Source: Macrostomum lignano
Lineage: Eukaryota
NCBI GenBank assembly: GCA_002269645.1
Contig: NIVC01004225.1
Location: 1 to 54,116, forward strand
DNA: 54,116 nt
Direction: 5' to 3'
The position numbers were made by a program, and so were the translations under genes. The notes under the pieces were generated by a model. It made no database searches. It was given only the letters and a program-made list of their open reading frames with translations, and was not told where the DNA came from. This document shows positions 14,440 through 27,412 of this stretch, in pieces; within the stretch, counting starts at the first letter, position 1; each line of letters starts with the position of its first letter.

Positions 14440-15116
14440 AGAGGGAAGCAGAGTGTACATTGGGGTAGAGGGAAGCCTCTGTACATTGGGGGTAGAGGGA
14501 AGCCTCTGTACGTTGGGGGGTAGAGGGAAGCCTCTGTACATTGGGGGTAGAATGAAGCCTCTGTACATTGGGGGTAGAGGGAAGACACTGTACATTGGGG
14601 GTAGAGGGAAGACACTGTACATTGGGGGTAGTGGGAAGCCTCTGTACATTGGGGGTAGAGGGAAGACACTGTACATTGGGGTAGAGGGAAGCCTCTGTAC
14701 GTTGGGGGTAGAGGGAATACACTGTACATTGGGGGTAGTGGGAAGCCTCTGTACGTTGGGGGTAGAGGGAAGCCTCTTGTAAATTGGGGGTAGAGGGAAG
14801 CCTCTGTACATTGGGGGTAGAGGGAAGCCTCTGTACATTGGGGGTAGAGGGAAGACACTGTACATTGGGGTAGAGGGAAGCCTCTGTACGTTGGGGGTAG
14901 AGGGAATACACTGTACATTGGGGGTAGTGGGAAGCCTCTGTACGTTGGGGGTAGAGGGAAGCCGCTGTACATTGGGGTAGAGGGAAGACACTGTACATTG
15001 GGGATAGAGGGAAGCCTCTGTACGTTGGGGATAGAGGGAAGCCTCTGTACGTTGGAGGTAGTGGGAAGCCTATGTACATTGGGGGGTAGAGGGAAGCCTC
15101 TGTACATTGGGGTAGG
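14440..15116. repeat. ~27-bp minisatellite (TGTACATTGGGGGTAGAGGGAAGCCTC)
   Basis: Tandem copies between ATP5MC and NMT. Confidence 0.96.
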
Positions 15117-15785
15117 AAAGACACAATGTATATTAGTAGTACGGAGTTATAAAAATGTCTCTAAATCAGACGATCAAGACGTCAAAGTCTAAGACATCTT
15201 CATGATTTGCGGATCAGATGTCCCTATCAGTGTCATCATATTGTTTCTGTATTGCAAATACCAACTAAACTAAGTGAAGAAAAACAAAATAACTTAAAAA
15301 AGCAGAAAAACAAAGTGTTTTTGAATTCACCAGGCTGCAATATCCAGAGCTGTTTTAATTATTTCAAATACGAGCTATTTCCAATCGCGTATCAGTCAAT
15401 AATCCAGTAGCAATATAAAACTATATTGTTATATTATAACATTACTATATAATTAGCGGCTATTTCGGATGAGCAGAAATATGTTAATAATAAAGCTGCT
15501 GCATGTAACAAACAATTGATATATAACCTATGCAACTTATGATTAGAATTGATTAACCACAAACATAACCAGATATTCTCAAAATTTATTAATAATACAA
15601 TCGTAATAATAAATTTACTAATTTCCTAACGAGATAGCAGGACACAGGCAAATATTAAGCATAGTGGCATGTGTAGTAGAAAAAGAATTGAGAACACTTA
15701 GTAGAAATCAGAGCTTGCTTCTGCAGTTAAGTTAAAGTCGGGTTTCACAAAGCAGCGGGCGATGGTAACTGTAATGGATTGCGGA

Positions 15786-18700
15786 TCACTGCAGTACAAG
15801 GCCGACCTGTCAATTAAAATGGAAAATTGACTGGTTATTAGCGAAATTATCCTTCAGAGCAGATATTGAAACATCAGTGGATGAGGAGATCGGTGAGTGA
15901 GAGGCAGACAGGTCAGGTCAATCACGGTTCAGACAAGACTTGAAGTCTGTGACATCTTCAGAGTTTTTGTATCAGATGTCCCTATCAGTGTCATCATTGT
16001 GTCACGAATTTTAACAGGTGGGATGGGAAGACAGGTGGGATGGGGAGACAGGTGGGATGGGGAGACAGGTGAAGATGGGGAGACAGGTGGTATGGGGAGA
16101 CAGGTGGAGATGGGGAGACAGGTGGGATGGGGAGACAGGTGGTATGGGGAGACAGGTGGAGATGGGGAGACAGGTGGGATGGGGAGACAGGTGGGATGGG
16201 GAGACAGGTGGGATGGGGAGACAGGTGGGATGGGGAGACAGGTGGTATGGGGAGACAGGTGGGATGGGGAGACAGGTGGAGATGGGGAGACAGGTGGGAT
16301 GGGGAGACAGGTGGGATGGGGAGACAGGTGGGGATGGGGAGACAGGTGGTATGGGGAGACAGGTGGAGATGGGGAGACAGGTGGGATGGGGAGACAGGTG
16401 GAGATGGGGAGACGGTTCAGACAATTAGACTTGAAGTCTGTGACATCTTCAGAGTTTTTGTATTAGATGTCCCTATCAGTGTCATCATTGTGTCGGGAAT
16501 TTTAACAGGTTGGATGGGGAGACAGGTGGGATGGGGAGACAGGTGGGATGAGAGACAGGTGGGATGGGGAGACAGGTGGGATGGGGAGAGACAGGTGGAG
16601 ATGGAGAGGCAGGGAGGATGGGGAGGCAGGTGGGGATGGGGAGACAGGTGGGGATAAAGAGACAGGTGGGGATGAGGAGACAGGTGGGGATGGGGAGACA
16701 GGTGGGGATGGGGAGACAGGTGGGGATGAGGAGACAGGTGGGGATGGGGAGACGGTTCAGACAATTAGACTTGAAGTCTGTGACATCTTCAGAGTTTTTG
16801 TATCAGATGTCCCTATCAGTGTCATCATTGTGTCGGGAATTTTAACAGGTGGGGATGGGGAGACAGGTGGGGATGGAGAGACAGGTGGAGATGAAGAGAC
16901 AGGTGGAGATGGAGAGGCAGGTGGGATGGGGAGGCAGGTGGGGATGGGGAGACAGGTGGGGATGGGGAGACAGGTGGGATGGGGAGACAGGTGGGGATGG
17001 GGAGACAGGTGGGGATGAGGAGACAGGTGGGGATAAGGAGACAGGTGGGGATGGGGAGACAGGTGGGGATGGGGAGACAGGTGGGGATGGGGAGACAGGT
17101 GGGATGGGGAGACAGGTGGGATGGGGAGACAGGTGGGGATGGGGAGACAGGTGGGGATGAGGAGACAGGTGGGGATGGGGAGACAGGTGGGGATGGGGAG
17201 ACAGGTGGGATGGGGAGACAGGTGGGGATGGGGAGACAGGTGGGATGGGGGGACAGGTGGGGATGGGAAGACAGGTGGGGATGGGGAGACAGGTGGGATG
17301 GGGAGACAGGTGGGATGGGGAGACAGGAGGGGATGGGGAGACAGGTGGGATGGGGAGACGGTTCAGACAATTAGACTTGAAGTCTGTGACATCTTCAGAG
17401 TTTTTGTATCAGATGTCCCTATCAGTGTCATCATTGTGTCGGGAATTTTAACAGGTGGGATGGGGAGACAGGTAGGGATGGGGAGACAGGTGGGATGGGG
17501 AGACAGGTGGGATGGGGAGACAGGTGGGATGGGGAGACAGGTGGGGATTGGGAGACAGGTGGAGATGGGGAGACAGGAGGGGATGGGGAGACAGGTGGGA
17601 TGGGGAGACAGGAGATGATGGGGAGACAGGTGGGATGGGGAGACAGGTGGAGATGGGGAGACGGTTCAGACAATTAGACTTGAAGTCTGTGACATCTCCA
17701 GAGTTTTTGTATCAGATGTCCCTATCAGTGTCATCATTGTGTCGGGATTTTAAATGTAGGGTTAGGGAGCGACATTGTGGGGATGGGGAGACAGGTGAGG
17801 GTGGGGAAACAGTTGAGGAGATAAACGAGACAAAACTACAAACCTCCTCGGCCTTCATATCTGAGCATCTCCAGTTGTACAGGTAATAGTGCAGATAGCC
17901 GTCTCCGGCGCCGAATTTGAGTTCGCTAAGAAACTGTTTATTCTCCATCAGGTCAAGACAGTTGACAACATCAAATCCGGTACGTTTGGCTTGAATTAGC
18001 AGGTCGCGCATCAAGTCAATCCAGGTCATTGAGCCGGCCACATTGTAGAAACAGTAGGCGGCGAACAGTGTCTTGTGATTCGGATTGTTGATCACAGACG
18101 AGGGCAGACAGTAGAATGAGGCGAAGTCCGACACCCGGTTGCTGTCGGCCGGGTCTAGGCAGACAAAGGACTGCACAATGCCCTCGCGTGGAGTGAACCA
18201 GTGGGCAAACTCCTTCTCTGGAGGGTAGTTGGGTTCGCAGTGAGATGATAGCGAGTGCAGCGATCTGACATCTTTACTGACACTAACTTTGGCTGTCCTG
18301 ACACTAACTTTGGCTGTCCTGACACTAACTTTGGCTGGCCTGACATTAACTTTAACTGTTCTGACACTAACTAAGACAGTATAAAAACTATAAAAGCAGA
18401 AAAAACAAATATCAGAAAAATTCACACCGTCAAAAACAGGCGCCAACTGAAAGCTTTCCAAATACTTGCTGAGCAGTTGAAATGCCTGTTTTGTGTGCTT
18501 CGGCTGCATCAACTGGAAGCTGGAATTCTTGGGCTGGTCTGGCAGCTTGTAAAGCTTGATGGCTCGGGCCATAGTCATGTTGCGCTGCAGAGAGCTGAAC
18601 TGGCACTCCACCAGCTTGCGCGGGTTCAGAGACCTGCGGATGGGAGAGTGGGGCATTGCGGGTCACACTGGGGATCATAGAGGGTCGATTGTCTGGTCTA

Positions 18701-20338
18701 GCAACTGAGGATCTGGGAAGCTGGACCAGCAACTGAGGATCTGGGAGGCTGGCGCAGCAACTGAGAATCTGGGAGGCTGGCGCAGCAACTGAGGATCCGG
18801 TCACATACCTGTGATAGTAGCGGCACGTGGCCACAGGCTTGGGCAGCACCACGCCGCCGGTGTAAACGGCCTGAAACCTGCCGGTGAGGTTCACCCTCCT
18901 GGTGATCTCTTTGATCAGCACGGGCGCCACCCGTTTGCCTCGCAGCCGCTTGTGGACGCACAGGAAATTAATTTCGACCATTTCTACCCGACGGTCGCGA
19001 ACTCGAATCCCAGCCGGTATGGCGCTGATGAAGCCGACCAGCTTCCTGTTGCTGCGCACCCGAACTCCGACGTGCCAGTCAGAGCGCCACCCAGGCGGCT
19101 GCAGAGCCCAGCGGAGGAACGCGGGCGAATAGTCGAATCTGATTGGTTCGATAAAACAAATTTTGCGAGCACTTTTACTTCAACAGATTAAGCTGAACGG
19201 CTGACACAACAATATGATTTAACAATCATTCAAGTAAAAATTAAAATTCATCATTTTGAAATCTACCAGGGTTGTCAGGACTTGGATGCTTTAATGTAAC
19301 AATCCTAAGGATAGAAATTTAGTAAATTAGAAGAAGATAAATGAGGTAATTTATTACGCTCATAGGAAGAGATTCTTATCCAAAGTATCCATCATGATGG
19401 GATTCTAATACCCATAAATCTTTATGATAGGATTCTAATTCCTACAGATAATTAGGATGGGAATCTATCCCCACAATTCTTCATGATGGGATTCTAATCC
19501 CCACAGATCTTCATGATGGGATTTTAATCCCTACAGATCTTCATGATGGGATCTTAATCCCCACGGATCTTCATGGTGGGATTTTAATCCCCACAGATCT
19601 TCATGATAGGATTCGAATCCCCACAGATCATCACGATGGGATTCTAATCCCCACAGATCTTCACGATGGGATTCTAATCCCCACAGATCTTCATGATGGG
19701 ATTCTAATCCCCACAGATCTTCATGATGGGATTCTAATCCCCACAACTCTTTATGAAGGGTTTCTAATCCCCAAAGATTCTTATGGTGGGATTCTAAACC
19801 CGAAGAATGTTTTAACTGACTCTAATCCTTACAGATCATTAGGATGAAATTAAATTTTTTCTAAGAGTATAGCTCACCTAAACAGCTCGTCCTCATCCTC
19901 CACATAGTTCTCATTAAGCAAAGTGTACAGCTCTTGCAATTGAGCATCGTTTTGCAGGTCAACTTCGCTCCAATCAAACATATTGGGTATATCGTAGGGC
20001 GTCTGTCTGATCTGGTCTCTAGGCTTGTCCTCTTCAATTGGCTCGCTAATTGGTTTGGATTCAGTGGTGAATCCCTGTGGCACAGGCTGGGTGGCCCAGA
20101 ATTTGTAGTCTCTCTGTTTGGCTTCATCTAAACGTCGTGGTGCGCTGGTGGAAGCTGAACCCGAAGCCGCTGCAGCAGCCGCAGCAGCAGCAGCAGAAGA
20201 GGGAGCCACTCGAAGTGCATTCATACTCTCAGCTAGACTGCCACCCTTAGCACCAGATGATTGCTGCTGCTGAGGAGACTTGCTTTGTGAACCTGATGCT
20301 CCATCTTTGTTGTCAGAGTTGCCTTGGTCTCCAGACAT
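15786..20338 (-). CDS. NMT: Glycylpeptide N-tetradecanoyltransferase (N-myristoyltransferase), ~463 aa
   Basis: Exons 20338-19878, 19138-18809, 18633-18428, 18217-17844 and 15806-15786, in phase (1392 nt). Motifs: [79 protein letters not shown], and terminal VGLVLQ*. Confidence 0.96.
15924..17800. repeat. Higher-order repeat in the last NMT intron: 18/19-bp GGGATGGGGAGACAGGTG tracts separated by a constant ~99-bp unit
   Basis: The constant unit ACGGTTCAGACAATTAGAC...TTTTAACAGGT starts at about 15924, 16412, 16752, 17358 and 17661. Confidence 0.95.
18268..18372. repeat. 21-bp minisatellite in NMT intron 3 (CTGACACTAACTTTGGCTGTC)
   Basis: About 4-5 copies. Confidence 0.85.
18697..18797. repeat. 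27-bp minisatellite in NMT intron 2 (CAGCAACTGAGGATCTGGGAGGCTGGC)
   Basis: About 4 copies of the same family as the ELOVL intron 3 array. Confidence 0.88.
19390..19850. repeat. 30-bp minisatellite in NMT intron 1 (CCCCACAGATCTTCATGATGGGATTCTAAT)
   Basis: About 15 copies with degenerate ends. Confidence 0.93.
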
Positions 20339-21143
20339 TATGTATATTTGTATTTGTGCTTATATTTGGTAGCTCTACTAACCTAATTCTATGATTTATA
20401 TCTGCTTTCTGTGACCAAAGTCATGCAATATGTTTAATAGATAAAGTAGATTATATATGACATACATTTTATGAACTTGGATTGAAAATTAAAATATAAA
20501 CTAGAGTTGATGCGTTACAAAGGCTTATAAGGGATAATTAGTCAGTTGCCAAGATTTAAATTGCATGATAATAATTTAAACTCTAATATACAGGGTTAGT
20601 TGTAATATACTTAAAACTAGATATATTTTATATTTTAATATCTAAATATGTACATTTGCACTAAACCAATCATTGTGCTTGCAGTCTCAGACAGACCCTC
20701 TTAGTGGCATAATACAGTATAACAAAAAAGAAAACAATAAATAATGCTGCTGTGCAACCAAACAAAAAGGAACAAACAAATAGTATAAAAATATAATGAG
20801 GCATATACAAGATCATAGCATATGATAAAAACAAAGATACAATAGGTCCTAGCATATTTAAGCACAAATATTTTCACTATCATATAAGCCAATACACACA
20901 ATATGTTAATTAGGATAGTAGATTTAAAGTTAAGATAAATAAAATAGAGTTCTAGATAGTCTTTTTAAAAACTAAATAAATAAAACAATATTAATTAACA
21001 ATAAGTTAATGATTGCTATCATTATTTACAAAGGAATTTAATGAAGTGTTTTATGACTTGTCTTATATAGAAATGGCAAATTTGAAGACAATAAGCCTAG
21101 CTTTATTTCAAATTAACTTTAAAATATAATTATGTAAAATAAA

Positions 21144-21870
21144 TCTCTACATATAAAAATCAAAACTCTGTGTGTGTGTCTGTGTGTGTGTGTGTCTGTG
21201 TGTGGACAATTTTGATCGCTATGGACTCCCAAACCGCTCAACCAAATTACACCAAACTTTACACCCACCCTAAACTTACTATGGAGAATGTCTTAGGCTA
21301 CCTTAAAATTTCCTAAATTTGAGTCTTCCTACCTAAAAGTGCAAAAAACTGCTCAAAATGCGCGATTTTTTCACTAAATCCTCCATAGCGCCGCTCCACT
21401 TCTACCGATTCTCTTCAAATTTGACACAGATAATCTTCAACTATTTTGGCACAATCGTGTAAAATTTCAAGTCTCAAAGTTAATCCTGAGCAGTGCTGTG
21501 CACTTTTAAAGTTAGGCTGTTTTTTTCAGCGTAGCAACCACCCCAACCTCCGCCCGCCTGCCTCTCTTTCCGATACCGATCTGGGCCCAGATGTGTAAAA
21601 GGGTTTCAAAATTGACTAACTTTCAGCTGCCATAAGTTTGCTCCACGTAAAGCGATTGACTTCAAACTTGACACAATTCTTTATTGACTCATTCTCTATC
21701 TAAATGTAAAGTTTCAACTCTGTAACTCAACCGAAAAAGAAACTATAAGCATGTGAAGTTTGTCTGCTTTTTCTGTTGTTTGTGCCACTCACTTACTCAT
21801 TCCCCCAGAGCCAGACGAAGGATCAGGCGATAGGACTGAATGTACATAGAAAATGTACAGTGTTTTGGAA
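21144..21870 (+). mobile_element. Possible non-autonomous Helitron-like element
   Basis: It begins A|TCTCTACATATAAAAATCAAAACTC followed by a (TG)n tract and repeated AAA(C/T)TTGACACA blocks. A TGTACAT-AGAAA-ATGTACA hairpin lies near 21841-21860. No terminal CTRR was identified. Confidence 0.35.
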
Positions 21871-22369
21871 TAGCTTTGTTTATGGCCTTCTCTGCACTCC
21901 CCGTTGAGAGGCTACGTTTAGCCATCCATAACATTTTAGTGAGAAATTCTAACCACTGTCCTCTGTATAGGCAAACTCTGCAGCAGTTTAACAGTGGATG
22001 GCAAATCAGGGTAATCCAGCATGGTTTGTAAAAGCGAAAGATTTATGAAAAGGTGATGCAATGCAAAACAACTCTACTAAATTAGTCACATCATGGAAAT
22101 TTAAGGTTTCTCTTAAAGGTACTTTAAAATTTAAATGGCCTCCTAAGAAATGCATATTTCCTTGGTTGTTAGATTGATGCAGACTGCAGTGGAGCTGAAG
22201 ATACACAAATTATTTTCAGGGCTTGCAAATTGGCAAGAAAAATGACATGATCAAAGCATGAGAACAGCCATGAGAATACTACGTCCCACAAACTGGCTTT
22301 CCAAGCAGGAATGGGTAGACTTTTACCTCAAAGGCCAGAAAAGAATCCTGCTTATGGCTGAGGGGCAGT

Positions 22370-23510
22370 TGAGAGTGGAGAGAAGAAGGAATAGACGATT
22401 CGAAAAGAGAGGAGAGGTGAGAGAGAGAATAAGAGAAAAAATAAAAGATAATAGGAGAGATGAGGGAGCGAGGACAATGAGAGGAGAGAATAGAGAGGAG
22501 CGAGTAGAGAGGAGAGAGTAGAGGAGCGAGTAGAGAGGAGAGAGCAGAGAGCTGCAGATGAGAGGAGAGCAGAGAGAAGAGCAGAGAGGAGTTAGTAAAG
22601 AGGAAAAAGGAGAGATGAGAAATGAGAGATGAGAGATAAAGGAGGAGAGTGCGAAGAGAGAAGAGACGAGACAAGAGAGGGAGAGAGTATATAGAAGAGG
22701 GAAGAGAAGAGAAGAAAGGAGAAAGGAAGGTGAGGAGACAAAAGAGGTGAAAGAAAAGAGTACAGAGAGGACAGAATGAGAGAACATATAAGACAGTAAA
22801 GATGACAGATGAAAGAGGGGGGATGAGCTGAGAGCAGAGACAAAAATGAACAGACGAGAGATGGGAGAGTAGAGATTACAGAGACAAGAGGAGAGACAAA
22901 GGGAGAGAGAAGTGAGTGAGGCGAGAGGAGAGAAAAGAGGAGAGTGGAGGGGAGAGAGTAGAGAGGAGAAGAAAGATGGGAGAGGAGAGATAAGATAGAG
23001 GGGGGAAGCAGAGAGAGGGGGAAGCAGAGAGAGAGGGGGAAGCAGAGAGAGAGGGGGGAAGCAGAGAGAGAGAGGGGGGAAGCAGAGAGAGGGGGAAGCA
23101 GAGAAAGAGGGGGAAGCAGAGAGAGAGGGGGGAAGCAGAGAGAGGGGGAAGCAGAGAGAGAGGGGGAAGCAGAGAGAGAGGGGGGAAGCAGAGAGAGGGG
23201 GAAGCAGAGAGAAATGAAAATAGATAAAAGAGAAGAGAGAGAAGAGAAAGGAGAGATCAGAGAGCAAATAAAGACAAGAGAAGAAAGGTGAAGGAAAATA
23301 TAAGAGAAGAGTGCAAGGAGAGGAAAGAGAAAAGAGATGAGATAAGAGAGATGAAAAAGAAGAGAAATGAGGGAAGAGACGAGAGAAGAGGGGAGAGAGG
23401 AGAGAGAAAAAAGAGAAGAGAGAAGAAAAGAGACAAGGGACGAGAGAGAAGAGAGGAAACAGAAGAGAAGATAGAAGTTTCAAAGGATCCAAGGGACGTA
23501 GGGAGAGTCA
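22370..23510. repeat. GA-rich low-complexity region including GGGGGAAGCAGAGAGAGA tandem copies (~22995-23215)
   Basis: Almost purine-only plus strand. Confidence 0.92.
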
Positions 23511-26500
23511 GAGGCAGAGGCCAGAGTTTGCCAATACATGTTTTAGAGTCAGACAGACATTAATTGCCTATTTAAAGTAAAAGCACCCCTAGCCAACAAT
23601 ATGTTTGCCTCACATCCTAATGGGATGTGAATGTACTCCATTTTTGTTTACCTTTATCCTACTAACTAACTATTAACAAGTTTTTGTTTCAGATGGGCTC
23701 AGATTTCAGAATACATGCAAAAATATTTCCGGGGATTGGAATTCCCTGGGTTCAAATTACGCGGGTTTCAACAGCTTGTAATAAATAAAAGTACAATAAA
23801 AAATATACCCTGGTTATAAAGTTTGAAGCTGAGCATAAAGTCATAAAATGCAAAGCTAGGCCTAATAGGGCTTTAGAGTTTCAGATACAATAAGGCAATC
23901 CTCTTATTTAGCACATTTAATTTTTTTAACAAAGTTTAAACAATTGAACAAATGAAAGTTTGTTAAACTAAAAAATATAGAGTTTCAGATATCATAGTAA
24001 TGTGCCACATAGAAAAGGATATTGCCAAAGGTGTTATGCAGCTGGCAACAGCACCAAAGAAACGTGTCCAAGTAGATATTAAACAGGGCCTTAGATTTGC
24101 TAGAGTTGCCAATGTTGCTAAGGTTTATTGCAGGTCATTTATATGCAATGGGAATTGTACTATTAGTGGGTAGTAAGTGCTACAAGGCATTTAGCCAACT
24201 ATAGTCTAGATCATACTAGGTGCATACCCAAACAAAAATTGAATAATTACAAATGCATGCCTATTTTCAAAACTACACTAGTGTTGAAATAATAAATGAG
24301 CTTTTATACATTGTGAAAATAAATGACTTATTTAAAATTGTTTAAAATAACCTTTTTAATAGATAATTTAATTGATTTTTATGCTTTTTAACAATAGGCC
24401 TATTATTTATAGCAAAAAATTGATACATGCAAAGATTTGTTCAAAAGCCTTATCAAGAGCTTTAAAAACCTAGAAAGCTTGAAATTGATACTAAAAATAA
24501 ACTTTTTTTCTATTTACCTGACACTAACTCTTCTATGTAATTTTTACAATGCATGCCAAGTATGCAAATACACTTTTTTCTTAGGAGCAATATATGTTAA
24601 TTATATAAGCCTACTTTTAAAATGTAAGGCCAATGCATACCTAATTTTTTAGGCATATATTACATGATCTAGAGTATGGCTAGCCAGCTGTGATTGCATA
24701 TGAATTGTTGCTTAAGATTGATAAGAAAGCAAGCAAGGCAAGAAATTTCTTATAATCTCTATCTTTCTTGCTCTAGTTATCTTTCAAAAAACAGTGAAAT
24801 GATTGCAGGTTTTGGCCATAGACATAGCCAATACAATAGCCATGCATTTCAAACTAATTGATATACTAATATATCTTTAATTTAAGTGAATCAAAAAATT
24901 AATGGCAAAAACTAAAGAAGTAATTATTTTTTGTAAAATAATTAAATGTGCAAAACTAGAGGATTGCTAATAAAAATTTTATAGCAGGTCTTAACTAGAT
25001 AGGCCTAATGCTAGGTTAAAGTTTAAATAAAATCTTCACTATTTTTACTTTTTAATAGTTAGCATTGTTGCCCTAGTCTAGAAACAACTTTTAGTATGCT
25101 AATTAATGTTCATACAAATGGAAAAATGAAATAAATGCACTAGGCTTAACTAGGCCTAAAATATAATAGTGAAAATGATAAAAATATCTTTGTTGCCATA
25201 TTACACGATAGGCCTACTACATCCAAATGAAAGAAGAATTACTAAAAATAACTTAAAAATCTCACTGGAGTCCCTACTTAAATCCCTACTATTTAAATAG
25301 AAATTAAGCACTGGGCCTATTGTGTGCATAGTGCATTGAATCAGTTTTTTTATTTACAGGAAATTTGACTGTCTAATGATTTTTACTATCTCTAAATTTA
25401 TTGTTGTATAGGCCTAATGTATAATAAGATATATTATTTAAATAGATATTATATTCCTAAAGTCGAATAAATAAACTAAGACTGGATATTCAGCTTCGAG
25501 TGCTAGAACCCAAAATAAATCATTATCATTATTATTATATAATCAATAAGGGTTCAGTCGATTGTTAAAACATGATATTATTTAATAGTTAGAGTGCAAA
25601 TGCGTGATTTAAAATATTAGCATATTTTTGCAGCGTAAAACAAATGAACACTGCTGTTTAAAACTCTATAGAATAAATACTTTTAAAAATGCAACCAAAA
25701 TTCTTCTAGTTTTGTAAAAAAATTTACGATTCCTCGTCATTTGCTTTGAAGTTTTAATAAATGTTCCGGACAAATCATCTTACATTAATCGCTGCACAAG
25801 ATTAAACTATTTTTTTCTCAACTGAATCGCTAGCGGTACAAGTCCTTAAACATTCAAAAACGAACCAATTGGCACTAGTAGTAAAAACAAAAAACGCAAG
25901 GACAAGCCGGACAAGAAATACTGAGTTAAAAACTGGCGATTAAAGAAAATGTTGGAGGCCGATTTTCATGTAACTCATCGTCATTTAATCTTGTAGACTT
26001 AATTTTTACTCAACCTGCACAAAATATTTCCTCTTGCAACTCATTGTGTCGATATTCATAAACTGCTTATAAACACCATGCAGAAACGTCATGAGATGAC
26101 GAGATGCGCGGGTTTTATAACATCTATACTCTGGAAATTTTGTAACTGATGGTACGTATTTCAGTAAACTATGTAAGGCAGTATATAAATGCATGGTGGT
26201 CAGTAAATGAAGCTCCTATTATCTATGCACAATGGCACACTATACATACTTCGCACCAATCCATTTTCGTCAACAATTAGCGCAAATGCCAAGAGTGCAA
26301 AAGCGCATGAAACTCTCAAAACTCAAAACTCTCGCAAACAGCTTAACACCAGCTGCCTGCTCCACCTCCGCCAATTGGTAATAATATACATGTAATGAAT
26401 TTTTTATAATGATACTGGCTTGGTTATTCAACAGGCATCCAAAATGATCACATATAGGGAAGAAAGGATCCAATTATGCATCAGCCTTGATATTAGCTCT

Positions 26501-27286
26501 GCATGAGCATATACATGCATATGAGGGCCGGACCTGAAGATCCACGTCTGTCGTCTTTGATGCAAAAATGCAACCAACCGAAATATTTAGGCGCTGAATG
26601 AGCAAAGTTGTGTAATCTTAATACTTTTACATTAATAGCGAACACCGTTCAGCCTATAGCTATTGATCACGTAAAAATCTGATCTTCGGCTTGAATACGA
26701 GCAGCGAGTGGTGACCTCCCATGCATCTTCCATTCCACAAAGTCCACATGAATCTTTCTCTCTAGGCTACGGGACGGTAAATGGCGGATACAGCTGTAAA
26801 TGAAACGACAGCCGCGACGAAACGAAACGAACGAAATCGTAGAAAGATGAAGAACGATGTTTAGAATAAGACTTGGCCATTTACGCTTGTAGTGTAAGGT
26901 GTGATAGAAAGCTTGCGATTTTTAAAGAGAGATTGAACTGCCGCAGAGGGAGGCTTTGCTGCTCGACCTTGCTCATTCAGTACCGCGGGGCCGGGGCAGG
27001 ACTGTACAGTGTACAGTGCTACATGAAGGTAGCTCTGCAGCATAGGGTAGGAAAGCAAATTCGTCCTTTTCTCTACAGGTAAGCTGTACAATTAGCAGAG
27101 AGTACACTCAGTACAGCTCACCCCCTGCGTTTGAACAGCCCGTGCTGCGGAGCAGAGCAGGAAGAGAATGTAGAGAGAACCGCACGGTCACTGCTTTAAG
27201 CTAGTCTTTTCCATTTATCTTGTATTAAAGCTGTAGTCACCACTAAGCTAAATAAAGCTAAGGAAAAGGTAAAAAATATCGAAAGC

Positions 27287-27346
27287 ATGACTGACTCATT
27301 GGCGACCGCTGGCAGCTATGCGGAAGACTTTCAGAGCTCCATCGCT

Positions 27347-27412
<66 letters not shown>

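Noticed and set aside
22258-23563. 389-aa Ser/Leu/Phe-rich ORF and Arg/Glu-rich opposite-strand ORFs
   Set aside because: These result from a purine/pyrimidine low-complexity tract.
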